DNA of 28,915 nt, taken from positions 1-28,915 of the IMG/VR virus record IMGVR_UViG_3300017747_000976; one strand, written 5' to 3'. A program made the position numbers and the translations under genes. The notes beneath the pieces are model-generated. The model saw only the letters and a list, made by a program, of their open reading frames with translations, was not told where the DNA came from and made no database searches. Positions 1-6,366 of the stretch are shown in pieces (position 1 is the first letter of the stretch; each line of letters starts with the position of its first letter). The DNA comes from a virus. Taxonomy: Duplodnaviria > Caudoviricetes.

Positions 1-135
1 CAGGTTGGGGATCGGGTTTGGTATCGGGTCAGAAGTCAGGTCAAGGGTCGGGTTAGAGATCAGGTCTGGGAGCAGGTCGAAAGTCAGGTCTGGGATTGGG
101 TCAGATATCAGCTAGAACAGGAACTAAACCAATGA
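1..135 (+). CDS. QVWD-tetrad repeat mini-protein 1 (5'-truncated by window edge)
   Basis: Manual translation of frame 1 gives [44 protein letters not shown]. Stop TGA 133-135 overlaps ATG 132-134 of the next gene (ATGA). Not in the ORF track. Confidence 0.75.
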   Translation, partial: QVGDRVWYRVRSQVKGRVRDQVWEQVESQVWDWVRYQLEQELNQ

Positions 136-422
136 AATCTGTTAAGGTTCGGGTCAGGGATCAGGTCAGGGATCGGGTCAGGGATCAGGTCGTGGATCAG
201 GTCTGGGGTCAGGTCTGGGATCAGGTCTGGGATCAGGTCAGGGATCAGGTCAGGGGTCAGGTCTGGGATCAGGTCTGGGGTAAGGTCGGAGGTCAGGTCT
301 GGGATCAGGTCAGGGATCAGGTCTGGGTTCAGGTCAGGGATCAGGTCTCGGTTCAGGTCAGGGATCAGGTCTGGGATCAGGTCAGGGGTCAGGTCATAGA
401 TCAGGTCTGGGATCAGGCTCGA
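1..422 (+). repeat. 12-bp tandem repeat array A, consensus GATCAGGTC(T/A)GG
   Basis: Directly visible. 23 units at 147-422 and more degenerate units at 1-111. Confidence 0.97.
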
Positions 423-455
423 AAGGAACTAAACAAAGGCCTTTCAATTCTCTAA
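132..455 (+). CDS. QVWD-tetrad repeat protein 2 (107 aa, 23 tetrads)
   Basis: Start moved from 96 to ATG 132. MKSVK N-terminus matches the paralogs, AGGA SD lies at 119-122, and it is ATGA-coupled to the upstream gene. Ends [10 protein letters not shown]. Confidence 0.8.
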   Translation: MKSVKVRVRDQVRDRVRDQVVDQVWGQVWDQVWDQVRDQVRGQVWDQVWGKVGGQVWDQVRDQVWVQVRDQVSVQVRDQVWDQVRGQVIDQVWDQARKELNKGLSIL

Positions 456-470
456 ATCATCGTGTAATCT
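442..470 (+). promoter_or_regulatory. candidate sigma70-type promoter for the DUF6745 cassette
   Basis: TTTCAA-N17-TAATCT upstream of SD AGGAG (494-498) and ATG 507. The -35 element is weak. Confidence 0.35.
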
Positions 471-506
471 ATCAAAAGCGAACATAGCAAATAGGAGCTA
501 TACATC

Positions 507-1382
507 ATGGCAAACGAGAAGATTAAGAGCTTGACTAAGCAGCAGGAAGCTCTCTTTCCTGTCTATGTTGAACGGTGGAAAAAGATCGGCCTTTCGACGG
601 AAAGAATGGATAGAGAGGCCGCCATCGCTGCCGCGAAGAAGGCCTATCGTTTGGTAGGTCTGAAGGAGCCTACCAACTTCTACTTTACCAAGTCTCCTAT
701 CGACGCGGTAAACTTCATTAAGAAGAATTTGGACAAGAAAAGCTCTAAGTCTGAAATCTTCGGACAAATGATCTATGGCTGTCACGAGGCCCCTTGGCTT
801 AGTTTCTACTCATTCTTCAAGGAACAGTGCAATCTCGAAGTCTGTAACAAGCTCGAAGGCTTGATGGAGTTGGCCGATCATACAGGTTGGCTGTCTGTGT
901 ATGAAGATACTGTAGTCTTTCAAGAAAAGCCCACCGTCATTCACTTCGACGATCAAGACAGGCTTCATTGCGAGACTGGTCCTGCCGTCGAGTACGAGGA
1001 TGGTTTCGGTATCTACGCTTGGCATGGTGTTTCCATTCCTAAAGAATGGATCGAAAAGCGCAGCGAACTAACGCCTAAGATCGCCCTCGGTTGGTCTAAC
1101 ATCGAACAGCGCCGAGCCGCTTGTGAGATTGTGACATGGGCGCGAATTCTCCGCGAGCTTAATGCTAAGGTGGTCGATGCCGATGACGATCCGATGATTG
1201 GAACGCTTGTCGAAGTGGACATTCCCGATGTAGGTACTGAGAAGTTTCTCAAGGTCATTTGTGGGACTGGTCGTGAGTTTGCTATCCCAGTTCCACCCAC
1301 TATGACGAAGGCTCTTGACGCAAACGCTTGGACCTTCGATCTCGACGGTGATACTCTGCGTCAGCTTGAGGTACGTACCTAA
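507..1382 (+). CDS. DUF6745-like protein (291 aa) without internal tetrad repeats
   Basis: Recognisable motifs LTKQQEALFPVYVERWKKIGLST, SP, YGCHEAPWLSFYSFF, RLHCETGPAVEYEDG..YAWHGV, NIEQRRAACEI, VICGTGREFAIPVP..ALDANAWTF. SD AGGAG. Confidence 0.75.
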   Translation: MANEKIKSLTKQQEALFPVYVERWKKIGLSTERMDREAAIAAAKKAYRLVGLKEPTNFYFTKSPIDAVNFIKKNLDKKSSKSEIFGQMIYGCHEAPWLSFYSFFKEQCNLEVCNKLEGLMELADHTGWLSVYEDTVVFQEKPTVIHFDDQDRLHCETGPAVEYEDGFGIYAWHGVSIPKEWIEKRSELTPKIALGWSNIEQRRAACEIVTWARILRELNAKVVDADDDPMIGTLVEVDIPDVGTEKFLKVICGTGREFAIPVPPTMTKALDANAWTFDLDGDTLRQLEVRT

Positions 1383-1415
1383 ACAATTCAGATCATCCAG
1401 AAAGGAAAACAGACT

Positions 1416-1769
1416 ATGAAAACCTTCACCAAAATGGCCGCCCAAGGCGACTTCATTATCATGCGTATCAAGGCCCTGCCGAAGGGTCTGGTTAAGGTTG
1501 CTCCAGTTCAGGGCAAGCATATCGTCGCTCACTCCGAGACTGGTCACAATCATGTCATGGAAGCAGAGCATGTGACTGCGTACAAGAGCGAGAAGATCAC
1601 AGATGACAGTAAGTTGTTTGAACTGTTCTTCTCGGTAGAAAAGGACACGCCTATCGAACACTTGCGCTCGTTCGATACTCACGAAACGTTGCTGGTCCCT
1701 GCTGGCGACTACATTGTGAAGCGTCAGCGCGAATACGTGCCGGAAGGCTTCCGCAAGGCTGCCGACTAA
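1416..1769 (+). CDS. His-rich small protein, typical downstream partner of DUF6745 genes
   Basis: Motifs QGD, AHSETGHNH, H-x4-THE, PAGDYIVKRQREY. SD AAGGA upstream. Confidence 0.7.
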   Translation: MKTFTKMAAQGDFIIMRIKALPKGLVKVAPVQGKHIVAHSETGHNHVMEAEHVTAYKSEKITDDSKLFELFFSVEKDTPIEHLRSFDTHETLLVPAGDYIVKRQREYVPEGFRKAAD

Positions 1770-1792
1770 TCGCTAAGAATAATTCAAAATGT

Positions 1793-1853
1793 AAATGGCG
1801 TCTTGGGGTTCCTGCAAGTTATGAATAAGGTATCTCAAGACGCCATTTTATTT
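1793..1853 (+). terminator. long stem-loop (intrinsic terminator or RNase III-type processing site)
   Basis: Perfect 13-bp inverted repeat AAATGGCGTCTTG (1793-1805)/CAAGACGCCATTT (1836-1848). Extends to about 21 bp with two G-U pairs and one mismatch, 14-nt loop, T-rich 3' tail. Confidence 0.75.
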
Positions 1854-1879
1854 CAGACTACAGAGAAGGAGCTTCTTAA

Positions 1880-2119
1880 ATGAGAAGCATCAAGGATCAG
1901 GTCTGGGATCAGGTCTGGGATCAGGTCTGGGATCAGGTCTGGGATCAGGTCTGGGATCAGGTCAGGGATCAGGTCAGGGGTCAGGTCTGGGATCAGGTCA
2001 GGGGTCAGGTCTGGGATCAGGTCTCGGTTCAGGTCAGGGATCAGGTCTGGGGGCAGGTCAGGGATCAGGTCATGGATCAGGTCTGGGAACAGGTCTGGGA
2101 TCAGGTAAAAAGGAATTAA
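1880..2119 (+). CDS. QVWD-tetrad repeat protein 3 (79 aa, 18 tetrads)
   Basis: SD AAGGAG 1866-1871. MRSIK followed by 18 DQVW-like units. Confidence 0.8.
   Translation: MRSIKDQVWDQVWDQVWDQVWDQVWDQVRDQVRGQVWDQVRGQVWDQVSVQVRDQVWGQVRDQVMDQVWEQVWDQVKRN
1895..2110 (+). repeat. 12-bp tandem repeat array B (18 units), first five identical GATCAGGTCTGG
   Basis: Directly visible, same consensus as array A. Confidence 0.97.
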
Positions 2120-2123
2120 ATAA

Positions 2124-2312
2124 ATGAAGTCTGTCACGGAACAGGTCAGGGATGATATCTGGGATCAAGCTGACGAGCAGATAGATAATCAGGTCAAGTA
2201 TAAGGTCTGGTTTAAGGTCTGGGAGTGGGTTGAGGGCGGGATTTTGGATCAGATTGAGGAGCAGACCAAGGAGAAAATCTTGGACCAGATTCACAAGGAA
2301 CTAAACCGATGA
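2124..2312 (+). CDS. diverged QVWD-tetrad protein 4 (62 aa, 13 tetrads)
   Basis: MKSVT...KELNR with the 4-residue register retained. SD AAGGA at 2110-2114. Confidence 0.75.
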   Translation: MKSVTEQVRDDIWDQADEQIDNQVKYKVWFKVWEWVEGGILDQIEEQTKEKILDQIHKELNR

Positions 2313-2497
2313 AATCTGTCAAAGATCAGGTCTGGGATGAAGTTGAGATGCCAAGCTGGAACTATATCAAAGATCAGGGCTGGATAAATGTCTGGGATCA
2401 AGTTAACGAGGGGATAGGGTATCCGGTCGAGGATCAGGTCAGGGAACAGGTCTGGAGGCAGGTCTGGAATCAGGTTAAAAAGGAATTAAACCAATGA
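2309..2497 (+). CDS. diverged QVWD-tetrad protein 5 (62 aa, 13 tetrads)
   Basis: MKSVKDQVW...QVKKELNQ, ATGA-coupled on both sides. Confidence 0.75.
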   Translation: MKSVKDQVWDEVEMPSWNYIKDQGWINVWDQVNEGIGYPVEDQVREQVWRQVWNQVKKELNQ

Positions 2498-3027
2498 CAC
2501 GAACAATTCTTCATACTAGCCTTGCGGTTATAGCTTTTGGGTTTCTGTTCTTGGGTTTCAAGGAACCTTACAATCCCCCACAAGAACCTATAAAACAAAT
2601 CTATACAGAAGAAGATTTACATTGGTTGACAATGAACATTTATTTCGAGGCCCGCAACCAACCCCTTGCAGGAATGTTGGCAGTTGGACAAGTTGTATTG
2701 AACAGAGTAGAGCATCCTAATTATCCTAAAACTGTAAAGGATGTTGTAACCCAAGCCAAATTAAATGCCAACGGACAACCCATAAGAAACAAATGCCAGT
2801 TTTCTTGGTACTGTGACGGAAAGAAAGACGAGATAAATAAAACTGATAAACTCTATTCAAAAGTAGAGTATGCTGCCCGTCTTGTGTTAGAGAGACGTAT
2901 TCCAGACTTGGTAGATGGAGCGACCCATTACCACACTATCAAGGTCAGAAGAGAGTGGGGATATCCCTTGACAACAGTAATAGAAGATCATATTTTTTAT
3001 AGAAAACCAACTCCAAAGGGAGCCTGA
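2494..3027 (+). CDS. SleB-like cell wall hydrolase (Hydrolase_2) with N-terminal hydrophobic anchor/signal
   Basis: NIYFEARNQ, AVGQVVLNRV, YP.TV..VV.Q, CQFSWYCDG, GATHYH, I.DHIFY. Confidence 0.9.
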   Translation: MTRTILHTSLAVIAFGFLFLGFKEPYNPPQEPIKQIYTEEDLHWLTMNIYFEARNQPLAGMLAVGQVVLNRVEHPNYPKTVKDVVTQAKLNANGQPIRNKCQFSWYCDGKKDEINKTDKLYSKVEYAARLVLERRIPDLVDGATHYHTIKVRREWGYPLTTVIEDHIFYRKPTPKGA

Positions 3028-3032
3028 AATAA

Positions 3033-3197
3033 ATGAACAGCCCTATTCTTATCGTTATCGTTACTTTTATATATGCCCTAGAAGCTCTCCGTCTTGTCTA
3101 TATCGGACAGTCTGGGCTAGGCCTAACCTTCTTTGGTTATACGATTGCTAACATAGGCTTGATTTGGGCTATCTCTCAGAGTTCATCGAGCCAGTAG
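3033..3197 (+). CDS. small membrane protein (54 aa, two hydrophobic segments)
   Basis: Manual translation MNSPILIVIVTFIYALEALRLVYIGQSGLGLTFFGYTIANIGLIWAISQSSSSQ*. Fills the intergenic gap, GGAG upstream. Confidence 0.6.
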   Translation: MNSPILIVIVTFIYALEALRLVYIGQSGLGLTFFGYTIANIGLIWAISQSSSSQ

Positions 3198-3200
3198 CAA

Positions 3201-3662
3201 ATGAAAGACAAACATATTCAGGCGTACATGGCAACGGCACATGCGTTTGCTAATTGTTCGTCGGCCCAGAGGCTGCACGTAGGCTGCATCATTGTAAAGG
3301 ATGACCGTATCATATCCATAGGATACAATGGTATGCCTTCCGGTTGGACAAACGAGTGCGAGGATTTGTCTTTCTTTTCTGACACCGGCAAGCAGCTTAT
3401 AGCTCCCCTGCTGGTGACAAAAAAGGAAGTTCTGCACGCCGAAACAAACGCCATAGCCAAGCTGGCGAAAGAGGGCGGAGGGGGAAGAGGAGCCACAGCC
3501 TTTATTACCCACGCCCCCTGTCTCGACTGCGCCAAAATAATTTTCCAATCAGGGATTATTAGTGTATACTATGCCCAAAAATATAGGTCGGAAGATGGCC
3601 TAAGTTTTCTGGAGAAATGTGGTATACCTTGCACACAAGTGAAGGTAAATTTTAATAACTAA
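3201..3662 (+). CDS. dCMP deaminase (ComEB-like)
   Basis: IISIGYNGMPSG, HAETNAI, THAPCLDCAK Zn motifs. Confidence 0.9.
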   Translation: MKDKHIQAYMATAHAFANCSSAQRLHVGCIIVKDDRIISIGYNGMPSGWTNECEDLSFFSDTGKQLIAPLLVTKKEVLHAETNAIAKLAKEGGGGRGATAFITHAPCLDCAKIIFQSGIISVYYAQKYRSEDGLSFLEKCGIPCTQVKVNFNN

Positions 3663-3681
3663 AACAAGGAGTTACACAGAT

Positions 3682-4140
3682 ATGACCTTTTCGCTAAAGT
3701 CCTTCCTTCGCTTTGAAAATACACTCGGCCATCTTTTTGGCGAGTGTAATGTTACAACAAAAGAAAAGAGTGACGCCACTTACTGGGGATACCACCTAGT
3801 CCTAAACTGCGCCGCTTGTGAAATTCCTAAAATTACGAGTAAGAAAAATGTTGATAAGTTCACCCGTGAATTGGTGAAACGTATTGACATGAAGGCATAT
3901 GGCGATCCTCAGATCGTTAAATTTGGTACAGGAAACAAGGCAGGGTTTACGCTTGTCCAGCTTATCGAGACAAGTAACATTTGCGCCCATTTCTGCGATG
4001 GCTCTGGCGATATGTACCTCGATGTATTTTCCTGCAAGCCGTTTGAAAGAGAAACTGTTGAAAATACAGTTAAAGAATTTTTCAATCCACAAAGCATGAA
4101 TGGAACCTTCCTTCTGCGTAACGCCCAAGACAAGGTATAG
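3682..4140 (+). CDS. speD: S-adenosylmethionine decarboxylase-like pyruvoyl proenzyme (SpeD family)
   Basis: WGYHLVLN, G.TLVQLIETSNICAHF (self-cleavage region), YLDVFSCKPF. Confidence 0.75.
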   Translation: MTFSLKSFLRFENTLGHLFGECNVTTKEKSDATYWGYHLVLNCAACEIPKITSKKNVDKFTRELVKRIDMKAYGDPQIVKFGTGNKAGFTLVQLIETSNICAHFCDGSGDMYLDVFSCKPFERETVENTVKEFFNPQSMNGTFLLRNAQDKV

Positions 4141-4145
4141 CAGTT

Positions 4146-4397
4146 ATGCCGCGCGATTACAAGAAGGAATATGCCACCTATCATTCTTCTTCAGAGCAAA
4201 AGAAAAATAGGGCGCAACGTAACGCTGCCCGACGCGATCTTGAGAAAGAGGGTCGCGTAGAAAAGGGCGACGGTATGGAAGTAGATCATAAAGTAGCCAT
4301 CAAAAACGGAGGGGGTAACACCAAGAAAAACCTTCGTGTTACAAACAAAAAGACTAACAGAGGCTGGCGTAAAGGCAAATCAGGTTATACTCCATAA
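4146..4397 (+). CDS. small HNH endonuclease-like protein
   Basis: RDYKKEY...RN.ARR...GDG.EVDHK....GG.N...NLRV.....NR. Confidence 0.7.
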   Translation: MPRDYKKEYATYHSSSEQKKNRAQRNAARRDLEKEGRVEKGDGMEVDHKVAIKNGGGNTKKNLRVTNKKTNRGWRKGKSGYTP

Positions 4398-4415
4398 AAT
4401 AAATTAGGATATAAT

Positions 4416-4718
4416 ATGAAAATAGTTCTGGTTGAATGGTACGATGCCCAGTCTGGGCCTATAGGGTGGAAACCCATGAGAGAAGTCTTGACCATCGAGC
4501 CAGCACTGAGTAAAAGTGTAGGCTATCTGTTGAAAGAAGTAAAAAATGGTAAGCACTCCTACATCGTCGTATGTCCACACTTTACAGGCGTTGGATATAA
4601 GAATATAGACGGTGATGGAGAAATTGCAATACCTAAGTCATGGATTAAACGAATCGTTGTTCTCATGGACGATAAGGACGTTAAGCATGAACATCTTCTA
4701 CCTCGATCAAAAAGCTAA
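4416..4718 (+). CDS. hypothetical phage protein (VEWYDA motif)
   Basis: ORF with SD AGGA. The W-x-DA...S-x-G...IP pattern is common in phage hypotheticals. Confidence 0.65.
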   Translation: MKIVLVEWYDAQSGPIGWKPMREVLTIEPALSKSVGYLLKEVKNGKHSYIVVCPHFTGVGYKNIDGDGEIAIPKSWIKRIVVLMDDKDVKHEHLLPRSKS

Positions 4719-5175
4719 GATAGCCGCCGCCTACCACTGTGATAAGCACGTTGTTAAGATGATCCTAGAGTCGGCACAGTTGCTCTCTACGGCCCACCAT
4801 ATCGTTGATGGAGAGCCTTCTATCGAGTGCTATAAGGCTACTCATAAGAACCATCCCTCTGCCGTCTGGGCGCGACAGACAGGGCTTAACTATCGCTGGC
4901 TTTGGGAGCTTACTGAGAGCCTTTGCAGAGAATATACCCTTCGCTATGAGAAGACCCACAAGGTAGAGAGTTCTGGGCTGTTGCAGAGACTAGAGTATTT
5001 TCCCCGTAAGCTAGAGGCAGGCACTTTTTCAGAGCCTCCGCAATGTATGCCAGACGAGTATAAAGTTGCCGATAACTCTGTAGAAGCCTACAGAAACTAC
5101 TATAGGGGAGCCAAAGCTGGCTTTGCCGTATGGTACAGAAACCCAGAATTAAAACCTGCATGGTGGACACCATAA
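4687..5175 (+). CDS. pyrimidine-dimer DNA glycosylase / endonuclease V-like protein
   Basis: Start moved to ATG 4687 (MNIFYLD). HCDKHVVKMILESAQLLSTAH, THKNHPSAVW, PPQCMPDEYK, AYRNYY. Confidence 0.7.
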   Translation: MNIFYLDQKAKIAAAYHCDKHVVKMILESAQLLSTAHHIVDGEPSIECYKATHKNHPSAVWARQTGLNYRWLWELTESLCREYTLRYEKTHKVESSGLLQRLEYFPRKLEAGTFSEPPQCMPDEYKVADNSVEAYRNYYRGAKAGFAVWYRNPELKPAWWTP

Positions 5176-5191
5176 TAGAAAGACGAACAAA

Positions 5192-5347
5192 ATGGATAAT
5201 GAATTAGGAAAACTATTTAGTAAAAGAAATCCCCTTTACAAAAGAGAAATTCGTAGATACTATAAAGACCTTATGACCTTTTTTAAGATTATGGGTATTA
5301 CTATTTTACCTGTTATCTTATACTACATTATCATATGGAGTTTGTAA
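5192..5347 (+). CDS. small protein with C-terminal transmembrane helix (51 aa)
   Basis: Manual translation MDNELGKLFSKRNPLYKREIRRYYKDLMTFFKIMGITILPVILYYIIIWSL*. Fills the gap. Confidence 0.45.
   Translation: MDNELGKLFSKRNPLYKREIRRYYKDLMTFFKIMGITILPVILYYIIIWSL
5235..5263 (+). promoter_or_regulatory. sigma70-type promoter
   Basis: TTTACA-N17-TACTAT with an A-rich upstream tract. Confidence 0.55.
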
Positions 5348-5348
5348 A

Positions 5349-5540
5349 ATGGGCTTGTTAGACGAGAAACCTAATGTTTTATTTTTCTACATTTACAGAA
5401 ACTACGTAGAGCGGTCAAGAGAATTTGAGAAGCTGGATGTAAATGAAAAGCTTCAAGAAATTCGCCGCGCAAAAAATCGCTTGACAGTGTTAGAAAATGA
5501 CGTTATCAATGATATTGAGGCTCTACGGAGACGACCTTAA
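5349..5540 (+). CDS. hypothetical protein
   Basis: ORF track, GGAG upstream. Confidence 0.5.
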   Translation: MGLLDEKPNVLFFYIYRNYVERSREFEKLDVNEKLQEIRRAKNRLTVLENDVINDIEALRRRP

Positions 5541-5555
5541 AAGAGGCTTCTAAAG

Positions 5556-5741
5556 ATGATTGTTAATAACTATAATAATAATATCAACTTACTGTCTCTT
5601 ATAGAGTCTACTATAGAGGTCTTATCAGATGTAAAGTTGAATGAAGAAATGAACTATAAGAATTTCATTTCTATTTTGTCTTTACACAAAGAGTGGTCTT
5701 CTGTATATGAGTCCTTAAAGAAAGGTTCTCTAGAGGAATAG
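5556..5741 (+). CDS. hypothetical protein
   Basis: ORF track, GAGG upstream. Confidence 0.45.
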   Translation: MIVNNYNNNINLLSLIESTIEVLSDVKLNEEMNYKNFISILSLHKEWSSVYESLKKGSLEE

Positions 5742-5743
5742 AA

Positions 5744-5953
5744 ATGTCTGATACCTTCAACTATAAGAAATACTCAGAAATCCCTGAACAGATAAAAGAG
5801 TATATGTTAGTTGTGACAGGGGAAGTATCTATAGAGAACGTATCCCTTGACGACATCAACACATTTCTCAATGGTTTATTTGAATGGGAAAAAGAAATAG
5901 CCTTTGAGGAAATTGCTAGTAGATCATTGAATAGAAATTACAACCTACACTAA
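5744..5953 (+). CDS. hypothetical protein
   Basis: ORF track, GAGGA SD. Confidence 0.55.
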   Translation: MSDTFNYKKYSEIPEQIKEYMLVVTGEVSIENVSLDDINTFLNGLFEWEKEIAFEEIASRSLNRNYNLH

Positions 5954-5958
5954 ACATC

Positions 5959-6366
5959 ATGAACCTAGACAGAACAAAGAACCTTCTGCTGAACATTGCA
6001 GAGGACATTTCCTATCCTGTTAGGAATTACCGTCTAGCCTCTGCTGTTATCTTTAAGAACCAGATTGTCAGTGTAGGTGTTAACAGCCAGAAGACCGATC
6101 CTTTTCAAACGAAGTATATGAAGAACCCATTCTCCATCTACATTCATGCGGAAGTGTCTGCTGTCAAGAATGCTCTAAAAAGAATTGATTTAGACGACTT
6201 CAAGAAAAGTAGTCTGATCGTTGTTCGTATAAAAAGAAACGAAACTAACACGGCCTTTATTCCTGCTATGGCAAAGCCTTGCATGGGTTGTATGTCGTGT
6301 ATATCTGAATTTGGAGTGAAACATATTCACTTCACCAACGAAGAAGGTAACTTGGTGCAGCTATGA
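5959..6366 (+). CDS. second Zn-dependent cytidine/deoxycytidylate deaminase-fold protein
   Basis: IHAEVSAV and AKPCMGC (HxE...PCxxC). Confidence 0.8.
   Translation: MNLDRTKNLLLNIAEDISYPVRNYRLASAVIFKNQIVSVGVNSQKTDPFQTKYMKNPFSIYIHAEVSAVKNALKRIDLDDFKKSSLIVVRIKRNETNTAFIPAMAKPCMGCMSCISEFGVKHIHFTNEEGNLVQL

Noticed and set aside
96-131. ORF-track start at 96 for repeat gene 2
   Set aside because: The TTG start lies inside the upstream gene. ATG 132 has the SD, ATGA coupling and the paralogous MKSV N-terminus.
1-2110. 12-bp arrays as CRISPR or other guide-RNA arrays
   Set aside because: Units are contiguous 12-mers without unique spacers, stay in frame inside ORFs with SD and start codons, and no cas operon is present.
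1853-2294. Minus-strand PDLI-repeat ORFs (1853-2137, 2070-2294)
   Set aside because: Antisense shadows of the repeat, which lacks stops in that frame. The SD and coupling signals are all on the + strand.
1-2497. Diversity-generating retroelement (template/variable repeats)
   Set aside because: No reverse transcriptase in the window, and differences between copies are not restricted to adenines.
4146-4397. HNH gene as an intron or intein-associated homing element
   Set aside because: It is free-standing between intact genes. The polymerase, helicase and RNR appear uninterrupted.
5481-5509. TTGACA-N17-TATCAA promoter candidate
   Set aside because: The -35 is perfect but the -10 lacks the conserved final T and lies inside an ORF, so support is insufficient.
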